Below are positions 11,201 through 23,320 of a DNA stretch of 47,802 nt, piece by piece. Source of the DNA: Nemertoderma westbladi. Lineage: Eukaryota > Animalia > Xenacoelomorpha. A model generated the notes under the pieces. It saw nothing but the letters and a program-made list of their open reading frames with translations. It did not search any database and was not told the DNA's origin. The position numbers were made by a program, and so were the translations under genes. Numbering within the stretch: position 1 is the stretch's first letter; every line of letters starts with the position of its first letter. The stretch spans positions 1-47,802 of the forward strand of contig JAUCBJ010006439.1 of NCBI GenBank assembly GCA_032718475.1, given 5' to 3'.

Positions 11201-14200
11201 GGGGGCAATACTTACTGATAGACAGAGAACAGAAAGGAGGAATATACTTACTGATAGACAGAGAACAGAAAGGGGGACAATACTTACTGATAGACAGAGA
11301 ACAGAAAGGAGGACAATACCTACTGATAGACAGAGAACAGAAAGGGGGACAATACTCACTGAGAGACAGAGAACAGAAAGGGGGGCAATACTTACTGATA
11401 GACAGAGAACAGAAAGGAGGACAATACTTACAGATAGACAGAGAACAGAAAGGGGGACAATACTCACTGAGAGACAGAAAACAGAAAGGGGGGCAATACT
11501 TACTGATAGACAGAGAACAGAAAGGAGGAATATACTTACTGATAGACAGAGAACAGAAAGGGGGACAATACCTACTGATAGACAGAGAACATAAAGGGGG
11601 ACAATACTTACTGATAGACAGAGAACATAAAGGGGGACAATACTTACTGATAGACAGAGAACAGAAAGGGGGACAATACTTACTGATAGACAGAGAACAG
11701 AAAGGAGGACAATACTTACTGATAGACAGAGAACAGAAAGGAGGACAATACTTACTGATAGACAGAGAACAGAAAGGGGTACAATACTTACTGATAGACA
11801 GAGAACAGAAAGGGGGACAATACTCACTGAGAGACAGAGAACAGAAAGGGGGGCAATACTTACTGACAGACAGAGAACAGAAAGGGGGACAATACTTACT
11901 GATAGACAGAGAACAGAAAGGAGGACAATACTTACTGATAGACAGAGAACAGAAAGGAGGACAATACTCACTGAGAGACAGAGAACAGAAAGGGGGACAA
12001 TACTTACTGATAGACAGAGAACAGAAAGGAGGACAATACTTACTGATAGACAGAGAACAGAAAGGAGGACAATACTTACTGATAGACAGAGAACAGAAAG
12101 GAGGACAATACTTACTGATAGACAGAGAACATAAAGGGGGACAATACTTACTGATAGACAGAGAACAGAAAGGAGGACAATACTTACTGATAGACAGAGA
12201 ACAGAAAGGAGGACAATACTTACTGATAGACAGAGAACATAAAGGGGGACAATACTTACTGATAGACAGAGAACAGAAAGGAGGACAATACTTACTGATA
12301 GACAGAGAACAGAAAGGAGGACAATACTTACTGATAGACAGAGAACAGAAAGGAGGACAATACTTACTGATAGACAGAGAACATAAAGGGGGACAATACT
12401 TACTGATAGACAGAGAACAGAAAGGGGGACAATACTTACTGATAGACAGAGAACAGAAAGGGGAACAATACTTACTGATAGACAGAGAACAGAAAGGGGG
12501 ACAATACCTACTGATAGACAGAGAACAGAAAGGGGGACAATACTTACTGATAGACAGAGAACAGAAAGGAGGACAATACTTACTGATAGACAGAGAACAT
12601 AAAGGGGGACAATACTTACTGATAGACAGAGAACAGAAAGGGGGACAATACTTACTGATAGACAGAGAACAGAAAGGAGGACAATACTTACTGATAGACA
12701 GAGAACATAAAGGGGGACAATACTTACTGATAGACAGAGAACAGAAAGTGGGACAATACTTACTGATAGACAGAGAACAGAAAGGGGAACAATACTTACT
12801 GATAGACAGAGAACAGAAAGGGGGACAATACTTACTGATAGACAGAGAACAGAAAGGAGGACAATACTTACTGATAGACAGAGAACAGAAAGGAGGACAA
12901 TACTTACTGATAGACAGAGAACAGAAAGGGGGACAATACTTACTGATAGACAGAGAACAGAAAGGGGTACAATACTTACTGATAGACAGAGAACAGAAAG
13001 GGGGACAATACTTACTGATAGACAGAGAACAGAAAGGGGGACAATACTTACTGATAGACAGAGAACAGAAAGGAGGACAATACTTACTGAGAGACAGAGA
13101 ACATAAAGGGGGACAATACTTATTGATAGACAGAGAACAGAAAGGAGGACAATACTTACTGAGAGACAGAGAACATAAAGGGGGACAATACTTATTGATA
13201 GACAGAGAACAGAAAGGAGGACAATACTTACTGAGAGACAGAGAACATAAAGGGGGACAATACTTATTGATAGACAGAGAACATAAAGGGGGACAATACT
13301 TACTGATAGACAGAGAACAGAAAGGGGGACAATACTTACTGAGAGACAGAGAACATAAAGGGGGACAATACTTATTGATAGACAGAGAACAGAAAGGAGG
13401 ACAATACTTACTGATAGACAGAGAACAGAAAGGAGGACAATACTTACTGAGAGACAGAGAACATAAAGGGGGACAATACTTACTGATAGACAGAGAACAG
13501 AAAGGAGGACAATACTTACTGAGAGACAGAGAACAGAAAGGAGGACAATACTTACTGATAGACAGAGAACAGAAAGGGGTACAATACTTACTGATAGACA
13601 GAGAACAGAAAGGGGTACAATACTTACTGAGAGACAGAGAACAGAAAGGGGGACAATACTTACTGATAGACAGAGAACATAAAGGAGGACAATACTTACT
13701 GATAGACAGAGAACAGAAAGGGGGACAATACTTACTGAGAGACAGAGAACAGAAAGGGGGACAATACTTACTGAGAGACAGAGAACAGAAAGGGGGACAA
13801 TACTTACTGATAGACAGAGAACAGAAAGTGGTACAATACTTACTGATAGACAGAGAACAGAAAGGGGGACAATACTTACTGATAGACAGAGAACAGAAAG
13901 GGGGACAATACTTACTGAGAGACAGAGAACAGAAAGGGGGACAATACTTACTGATAGACAGAGAACATAAAGGAGGACAATACTTACTGATAGACAGAGA
14001 ACATAAAGGGGTACAATACTTACTGATAGACAGAGAACATAAAGGGGGACAATACTTACTGAGAGACAGAGAACAGAAAGGAGGACAATACTTACTGATA
14101 GACAGAGAACAGAAAGGGGGACAATACTTACTGATAGACAGAGAACAGAAAGGGGGACAATACTTACTGATAGACAGAGAACAGAAAGGGGGACAATACT

Positions 14201-17200
14201 TACTGATAGACAGAGAACAGAAAGGGGTACAATACTTACTGATGGACAGAGAACAGAAAGGGGTACAATACTTACTGATAGACAGAGAACAGAAAGGGGT
14301 ACAATACTTACTGATAGACAGAGAACAGAAAGGAGGACAATACTTACTGAGAGACAGAGAACATAAAGGGGGACAATACTTACTGATAGACAGAGAACAG
14401 AAAGGAGGACAATACTTACTGATAGACAGAGAACAGAAAGGAGGACAATACTTACTGATAGACAGAGAACAGAAAGGAGGACAATACTTACTGATAGACA
14501 GAGAACATAAAGGGGGACAATACTTACTGATAGACAGAGAACAGAAAGGAGGACAATACTTACTGATAGACAGAGAACAGAAAGGGGGACAATACCTACT
14601 GATAGACAGAGAACATAAAGGGGGGCAATACTTACTGATAGACAGAGAACAGAAAGGGGGACAATACCTACTGATAGACAGAGAACATAAAGGGGGACAA
14701 TACCTACTGATAGACAGAGAACAGAAAGGGGTACAATACTTACTGATAGACAGAGAACAGAAAGGGGGACAATACTTACTGATAGACAGAGAACAGAAAG
14801 GGGTACAATACTTACTGATAGACAGAGAACAGAAAGGGGTACAATACTTACTGATAGACAGAGAACAGAAAGGGGTACAATACTTACTGATAGACAGAGA
14901 ACAGAAAGGGGGACAATACTTACTGATAGACAGAGAACAGAAAGGGGTACAATACTTACTGAGAGACAGAGAACAGAAAGGAGGACAATACTTACTGATA
15001 GACAGAGAACATAAAGGAGGACAATACTTACTGATAGACAGAGAACAGAAAGGAGGACAATACTTACTGATAGACAGAGAACATAAAGGAGGACAATACT
15101 TACTGATAGACAGAGAACAGAAAGGAGGACAATACTTACTGATAGACAGAGAACAGAAAGGAGGACAATACTTACTGATAGACAGAGAACAGAAAGGGGG
15201 ACAATACTTACTGATAGACAGAGAACATAAAGGGGGACAATACTTACTGATAGACAGAGAACAGAAAGGGGGACAATACTTACTGATAGACAGAGAACAG
15301 AAAGGGGGACAATACTTACTGATAGACAGAGAACATAAAGGGGGACAATACTTACTGATAGACAGAGAACAGAAAGGGGTACAATACTTACTGATAGACA
15401 GAGAACATAAAGGGGGACAATACTTACTGATAGACAGAGAACAGAAAGGGGTACAATACTTACTGATAGACAGAGAACATAAAGGGGGACAATACTTACT
15501 GATAGACAGAGAACATAAAGGGGGACAATACTTACTGATAGACAGAGAACAGAAAGGGGGACAATACTTACTGATAGACAGAGAACAGAAAGGGGGACAA
15601 TACTTACTGATAGACAGAGAACATAAAGGGGGACAATACTTACTGATAGACAGAGAACAGAAAGGGGTACAATACTTACTGATAGACAGAGAACATAAAG
15701 GGGGACAATACTTACTGATAGACAGAGAACAGAAAGGGGTACAATACTTACTGATAGACAGAGAACATAAAGGGGGACAATACTTACTGATAGACAGAGA
15801 ACAGAAAGGGGTACAATACTTACTGATAGACAGAGAACATAAAGGGGGACAATACTTACTGATAGACAGAGAACATAAAGGGGTACAATACTTACTGATA
15901 GACAGAGAACATAAAGGGGGACAATACTTACTGATAGACAGAGAACAGAAAGGGGTACAATACTTACTGATAGACAGAGAACATAAAGGGGGACAATACT
16001 TACTGATAGACAGAGAACATAAAGGGGGACAATACTTACTGATAGACAGAGAACAGAAAGGGGGACAATACTTACTGATAGACAGAGAACAGAAAGGGGG
16101 ACAATACTTACTGATAGACAGAGAACATAAAGGGGGACAATACTTACTGATAGACAGAGAACAGAAAGGGGTACAATACTTACTGATAGACAGAGAACAT
16201 AAAGGGGGACAATACTTACTGATAGACAGAGAACAGAAAGGGGGACAATACTTACTGAGAGACAGAGAACTGAAAGGGGTACAATACTTACTGATAGACA
16301 GAGAACATAAAGGGGGACAATACTTACTGATAGACAGAGAACATAAAGGGGGACAATACTTACTGATAGACAGAGAACAGAAAGGGGTACAATACTTACT
16401 GATAGACAGAGAACAGAAAGGGGGACAATACTTACTGAGAGACAGAGAACAGAAAGGAGGACAATACTTACTGATAGACAGAGAACAGAAAGGGGGACAA
16501 TACTTACTGATAGACAGAGAACAGAAAGGGGTACAATACCTACTGATAGACAGAGAACAGAAAGGGGGACAATACTTACTGAGAGACAGAGAACAGAAAG
16601 GAGGACAATACTTACTGATAGACAGAGAACATAAAGGGGGACAATACTTACTGATAGACAGAGAACATAAAGGGGTACAATACTTACTGATAGACAGAGA
16701 ACATAAAGGGGGACAATACTTACTGATAGACAGAGAACAGAAAGGGGTACAATACTTACTGATAGACAGAGAACATAAAGGGGGACAATACTTACTGATA
16801 GACAGAGAACAGAAAGGGGGGCAATACTTACTGATAGACAGAGAACAGAAAGGGGGACAATACTTACAGATAGACAGAGAACAGAAAGGGGGACAATACT
16901 TACTGATAGACAGAGAACAGAAAGGGGGACAATACTTACTGAGAGACAGAGAACTGAAAGGGGTACAATACTTACTGATAGACAGAGAACATAAAGGGGG
17001 ACAATACTTACTGATAGACAGAGAACATAAAGGGGGACAATACTTACTGATAGACAGAGAACAGAAAGGGGTACAATACTTACTGATAGACAGAGAACAG
17101 AAAGGGGGACAATACTTACTGAGAGACAGAGAACAGAAAGGAGGACAATACTTACTGATAGACAGAGAACAGAAAGGGGGACAATACTTACTGATAGACA

Positions 17201-18667
17201 GAGAACAGAAAGGGGTACAATACTTACTGATAGACAGAGAACAGAAAGGGGGACAATACTTACTGATAGACAGAGAACAGAAAGGAGGACAATACTTACT
17301 GATAGACAGAGAACATAAAGGGGGACAATACTTACTGAGAGACAGAGAACAGAAAGGAGGACAATACTTACTGATAGACAGAGAACAGAAAGGAGGACAA
17401 TACTTACTGATAGACAGAGAACAGAAAGGGGGACAATACTTACTGAGAGACAGAGAACAGAAAGGGGGACAATACTTACTGATAGACAGAGAACAGAAAG
17501 GAGGACAATACTTACTGATAGACAGAGAACAGAAAGGGGTACAATACTTACTGATAGACAGAGAACAGAAAGGGGGACAATACTTACTGATAGACAGAGA
17601 ACAGAAAGGGGGACAATACTTACTGATAGACAGAGAACATAAAGGGGGACAATACTTACTGATAGACAGAGAACAGAAAGGGGGACAATACTTACTGATA
17701 GACAGAGAACAGAAAGGAGGACAATACTTACTGATAGACAGAGAACAGAAAGGGGGACAATACTTACTGATAGACAGAGAACAGAAAGGGGGACAATACT
17801 TACTGAGAGACAGAGAACTGAAAGGGGTACAATACTTACTGATAGACAGAGAACAGAAAGTGGGACAATACTTACTGATAGACAGAGAACAGAAAGGGGG
17901 ACAATACTTACTGATAGACAGAGAACAGAAAGGGGGACAATACTTACTGATAGACAGAGAACAGAAAGGGGGACAATACTTACTGATAGACAGAGAACAG
18001 AAAGGGGGACAATACTTACTGATAGACAGAGAACATAAAGGGGGACAATACTTACTGATAGACAGAGAACAGAAAGGGGGACAATACTTACTGATAGACA
18101 GAGAACAGAAAGGGGGACAATACTTACTGATAGACAGAGAACAGAAAGTGGGACAATACTTACTGATAGACAGAGAACAGAAAGGGGGACAATACTTACT
18201 GAGAGACAGAGAACTGAAAGGGGTACAATACTTACTGATAGACAGAGAACAGAAAGTGGGACAATACTTACTGATAGACAGAGAACAGAAAGTGGGACAA
18301 TACTTACTGATAGACAGAGAACAGAAAGGGGGACAATACTTACTGATAGACAGAGAACAGAAAGGGGGACAATACTTACTGATAGACAGAGAACAGAAAG
18401 GGGGACAATACTTACTGATAGACAGAGAACAGAAAGGGGGACAATACTTACTGAGAGACAGAGAACTGAAAGGGGTACAATACTTACTGATAGACAGAGA
18501 ACAGAAAGTGGGACAATACTTACTGATAGACAGAGAACAGAAAGGGGGACAATACTTACTGATAGACAGAGAACAGAAAGGGGGACAATACTTACTGATA
18601 GACAGAGAACAGAAAGGGGGACAATACTTACTGATAGACAGAGAACATAAAGGGGGACAATACTTAC
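8264..18667 (-). repeat. 36-bp satellite, 289 units, filling a YLPM1 intron (8237-18686)
   Basis: Minus-strand unit GTAAGTATTGTCCCCCTTTCTGTTCTCTGTCTATCA. 10404 bp = 289 x 36. An unbroken reading frame across the whole array shows no frame-shifting indels. Confidence 0.97.
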
Positions 18668-18686
18668 TGAGAGACAAAGATCTCAC

Positions 18687-18869
18687 CTTTTTCTGTAGAA
18701 CTCTGCCGGTGTCCAAGTCTCTTTCTGGTCGCTCAACTTCGGTCATAAAGTAATCGTCTAGAGACAGAATCCTCGGTAGAGCTGCGCCCATACCACCCTC
18801 CGCATCTTTTATTCGCTTCGCTATGTAAGTCTTCCCAGAGCCAGGAACGCCTCTTAGGATGATGCAAAT
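18687..18869 (-). CDS. YLPM1: YLPM1-like exon with P-loop: ICIILRGVPGSGKTYIAKRIKDAEGGMGAALPRILSLDDYFMTEVERPERDLDTGRVLQKK
   Basis: Acceptor aatcttag| at 18870-18872 and donor AAG|gtgaga at 18686. Length 183 nt. Walker A GxPGSGKT and PR.LSLDDYF.TEVE are diagnostic of the YLPM1 nucleoside-kinase-like domain. Confidence 0.95.
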
Positions 18870-20164
18870 CTAAGATTAATATATAAAATATAATAAACAA
18901 TTATATTAGTTAGTAGATATTAATAATTATATCGAGTATTTATTATAATTGTTAATATATCAATATTATTTGTAATATTATTAATAATTTTTCACCCAAA
19001 CCGGTATAAAATCAAATCGTCTCTATGCTGGTAGGACAATCTATGTTATGTATAAATAGTTATAATGCGAACGGATGAAGTGGTAGTTATAATGGTCATT
19101 TTGGCGGTCTTTTAGCTTCGCTCACAAATCTACCCAAATCATTTAGTTAAGGTAGAAAGCTCGTTAGTTCATGGGCCAGCCGGCATATGAGAGACTTTGT
19201 TGTTATATCAAAATGAAAAGCCTCTTATTAAAGGCAAGTTAGGTGACCAAACTCTTTGAGGCTACTATCGGGCCATAGCGCTCTCTGCGCTAATTATACT
19301 GTGTGTGTTTAAACAGGATCAGACTTTAAGGATCGGGATCGGGTGAGAATCCCTATCACTCTCGGGCCCTGTCCCGGTCTCGGGATCCCGATTTTCGGGA
19401 TCGGGATTGCAATTTTCGATTAAATCTTTCTCTGACAGATAAAGTTATATTAACATTTATTTATAGTTGATTGCTGCAGATGGTTTATTGACATCCAGTA
19501 ATCCGACAATTCGTTATAAACAATACAGTTCTGTCCTGGTGCAACTAACTATTTAGGGACGGGATATTCAAGAAATTTACTTCACTATTTATAATATACG
19601 TAATACGTAAAAATACGTAAATATTCGTCATAATTCTAGATAATTACAGAACTCATTATAGAGAAATAGTAGCGCTTCCGGTTCAAACTATCAGTTCGGC
19701 ACACCAATGGCCAATTAATTAATCGTTGATATTAGATAATTAATAGTACAGCGTTAAATAACACCAGCACAAGTTATAGATTAATTGATATTGCATATAT
19801 GTGGTAGCAAATAATAAATTGGTGGAAGCAAATAATAATAAAACAAACAAATATAGCACCATGGTCGTAGTAACTGATTACAATAAGAGTTTCCCACAGG
19901 CCCCAGAGTTATGATACGTTGAAGAATTCCAGTATACGTTTGTGTTTAGCGTCAAATGAGATTAGGTGACATTTATAAGTGACATGAGGTTAGGTGATGT
20001 TTGACAACCACGACTTTGGAGAGATTGTGATATTAATAAGAAACATTAAAATAGGACATGGCAGCCAAAACAAGGAAAGCGTAGCCATATAAAACCGGCT
20101 ATGAAATATTATATAGATAGACCAACTAGAAATGGACACTGGACTTGGGAGAAATGAAATTGCG

Positions 20165-21186
20165 TCAGTGATCGGTACTGGATGAACCATGACTTACATG
20201 ACTAGGTCGGGACTTCCTATTGGGTAGTTCCAGTAAGTCAGTGTCGGTACTGGATGAACCATGACTTACATGACTAGGTCGGGACTTCCTATTGGGTAGT
20301 TCCAGTAAGTCAGTGTCGGTACTGGATGAACCATGACTTACATGACTAGGTCGGGACTTCCTATTGGGTAGTTCCAGTAAGTCACTGATCGGTACTGGAT
20401 GAACCATGACTTACATGACTAGGTCGGGACTTCCTATTGGGTAGTTCCAGTAAGTCAGTGATCGGTACTGGATGAACCATGACTTACATGACTAGGTCGG
20501 GACTTCCTATTGGGTAGTTCCAGTAAGTCACTGATCGGTACTGGATGAACCATGACTTACATGACTAGGTCGGGACTTCCTATTGGGTAGTTCCAGTAAG
20601 TCAGTGATCGGTACTGGATGAACCATGACTTACATGACTAGGTCGGGACTTCCTATTGGGTAGTTCCAGTAAGTCAGTGATCGGTACTGGATGAACCATG
20701 ACTTACATGACTAGGTCGGGACTTCCTATTGGGTAGTTCCAGTAAGTCACTGATCGGTACTGGATGAACCATGACTTACATGACTAGGTCGGGACTTCCT
20801 ATTGGGTAGTTCCAGAAGTCAGTGATCGGTACTGGATGAACCATGACTTACATGACTAGGTCGGGACTTCCTATTGGGTAGTTCCACTAAGTCAGTGATC
20901 GGTACTGGATGAACCATGACTTACATGACTAGGTCGGGACTTCCTATTGGGTAGTTCCAGTAAGTCAGTGATCGGTACTGGATGAACCATGACTTACATG
21001 ACTAGGTCGGGACTTCCTATTGGGTAGTTCCAGTAAGTCTTTGATCGGTACTGGATGAACCATGACTTACATGACTAGGTCGGGACTTCCTATTGGGTAG
21101 TTCCAGTAAGTCTGTGATCGGTACTGGATGAACCATGACTTACATGACTAGGTCGGGACTTCCTATTGGGTAGTTCCAGTAAGTCT
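20165..21186 (-). repeat. 73-bp (some 72-bp) tandem array containing the last ~43 nt of the exon plus the GTAAGT donor; 14 donors
   Basis: Plus-strand acttac at 20192, 20264, 20336, 20409, 20482, 20555, 20628, 20701, 20774, 20846, 20919, 20992, 21065 and 21138. Confidence 0.95.
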
Positions 21187-21360
21187 TTGATAGGTATTGG
21201 ATATTTGGGTTGAAGATCGTCGTCCAGGTTCACTCGCGGAGGTTCAAAGCGGGCCCCGGATTCGCCCATCATCAACAACTGGGAATCCTTCTCCAACTTT
21301 TCAACCAATCGCATCGTTTCTCGCTCCATCTCTCCAACCAATTGGGGAATTGAGAGATTA
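21144..21360 (-). CDS. YLPM1: YLPM1-like exon: NLSIPQLVGEMERE...PIPIKDLLELPNRKSRPSH
   Basis: Acceptor ttgcag| at 21361-21363 (phase 2) and donor CAT|gtaagt at 21143. DLL..P.R.SRP directly precedes the P-loop strand in YLPM1, and the phase matches the next exon. Confidence 0.85.
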
Positions 21361-21781
21361 CTGCAACATTAACGTAATTAATTATATTGAATGTATATTA
21401 TATTATATAGTGTATAAAGTTGGTTTAATTAAGTCCGATGTGGGAGGTAATACAGCAGTACTGAGTGGCTAGGCAACAGGAACCACCCCTTGGCACCGCG
21501 TACTACCCGTGACCTGTACTGCCCTATCGCAATTGGGAAATAAAATAAAATGTTTATCACTCATACTCTTCAGTAAAATAGTGCAGTTTTAATTTTGCCT
21601 TAAATGAGATGATTAGGCAGATCGAACATCAGAAGACACGCCAGGGAGTCCCTCACCAATGTATCAGACACGAAAAATAATCGATTTCCAAAAGTTTTAA
21701 AGTAATATCGTCGTTATTATAAGGGCAATTCGACTGTAATTAAAAGTACAATTACAGTACAAATTGAGAGCAATTGACAGT

Positions 21782-22030
21782 GCTTTCGCCGTGAGGACCA
21801 GCCAGTGCATAATCTTGTGCTTTGACAGCCTCATGGAGTGAATAAGCATGGTGGACAGCCCATGACTTTCTTGAGACGCATCTTAAAGGACACTGGCCTT
21901 GAAGATGCAGATGATCTAGCAAATGTCATGGGTGATAGGGAATTGTGGCGGCGCAATTTTGTCGATAAGCCGGCACAGCATTCTTAAAAATGCAGCTGCA
22001 ATGCAGCATGCCGATCCTAGTAGTAGTAGT
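21782..22030 (+). mobile_element. 5'-truncated copy of the RTE element 3' end, with a 10-bp target-site duplication
   Basis: Near-identical to the reverse complement of 5084-5335, with a (TAG)n tail. AATTGACAGT occurs at 21772-21781 and 22031-22040. Confidence 0.92.
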
Positions 22031-22619
22031 AATTGACAGTTTCTAATGACGCAAATATGAATGGGTCAGATTGAATGAGCCATGGCTCCAGTGTCGACAT
22101 TGTCATATATTAAATGATACGCACGTATTATAACATTTGTTTTCATGTCCCTTTCGGGGCTCCGTACCGTAAATTTATGTATTATTGTGATCATTAATTA
22201 CTATGTGTGAAACACATAGCATATAAGATATCTACCTACATTTTGGACAAGACGGTAAATGAAATTATTTTAAGTAATGTGACTTCATGAGGGCATTATA
22301 ATGAATGGGTCACAGATGTAAAATAATTAATATGCCTGACATACGAATGCTAATTAATATACAATGGAGCTACTTATTGATTCTGCTCGAGATTCTAAAT
22401 GAATTTCCCATTAGGATGTCCTACTTTGTCCTACATGATAGATGAAGACGACCCCAGGTACTAATCAATGTTATAATAGGATCCACGATCTAGGCTTTCA
22501 GAATGCAAATGTAACTAACTTTTTATATTTCAAGGACTTATGTTTACCCACATCACCCCCCCCCCCCCCCCCCTCAACTAGGTAGGTCTGTATTAAACAA
22601 AAAAGTAATAAATGGTCTA

Positions 22620-23003
22620 CTTTGGTGTGGGGTGAGTAAACAAAGACCAAAGACCCAATTAAGTGACCTGCATAATCTTGTAACATTTGTTAACTTTTGT
22701 TTATTGTTTTGGTTCTCCCAACACACCTCTGTACCCTGCTCCTTTACTAACCTGCTCCTTTAAATGGCAATGGGACCTAACGCTATTTGGGACCTGTACA
22801 AAACAAAGAGGTAAAGTCGCAAAGAGAGTTAGGTCCCATTGCCATTTAAAGTAGTAGGTTAGTAAAGGAGCAGGTTACAGAGGCGTGTTGGGGGAAACCA
22901 AAACAATAAATGAAAGTTAACACATGTGTTTTGTTCATGTCCTTTAGTCTTTGGGTCTTTGTTTTGTACTCACCCCTTTGGTGTGGTGAATACTACACAC
23001 CTA
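22620..23003. mobile_element. Long palindromic MITE/foldback-like element
   Basis: 22689-22781 is an imperfect inverted copy of 22828-22922. Outer arms ggggtgagtaaacaaagacc / ggtctttgttttgtactcacccc also pair. Confidence 0.75.
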
Positions 23004-23320
23004 AATCAAGATGGTTACTATAAGACATTGTATCTGATTAACATTATCTTCTTTTCTTATAATAATTAATAATACAAAACAGGTTAATTATGGATATTTC
23101 ATTCAAAATCGAATTTATCATTTCTGACAATCACAAACAAACAACGCCGTGTTGGCAAACAATGAAACCAGCTGGCTACTTAATAACAATTATTTACTTA
23201 ATTCTTAAAACTAATTTGATTTAGAGTAAATGTCATTAACACAAAATAATATTAGTATATAATTGCGGTGATCGGATTAATAATATAAATATTTAGTTAT
23301 TATTACGGGTAACATCAATA

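Noticed and set aside
8255-18676. Tandem U1 snRNA genes (plus-strand ATACTTAC-TG resembles the U1 5' end)
   Set aside because: Similarity is limited to ~10 nt, with no U1 stem-loops or Sm site; it is better read as donor-like sites on the minus strand.
8169-18791. 3540-aa Cys/Pro/Ser-rich ORF (and the overlapping 1363-aa and 2001-aa ORFs) as giant repeat proteins
   Set aside because: A stop-free 36-bp unit opens several frames on both strands automatically. Canonical GT-AG sites remove the array and restore contiguous YLPM1 homology; retention (10450 nt, not a multiple of 3) frameshifts the next exon.
20165-21186. CRISPR-like array
   Set aside because: Units are head-to-tail with no unique spacers, there are no cas genes, and the context is a eukaryotic spliced gene. 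The same applies to the other arrays.
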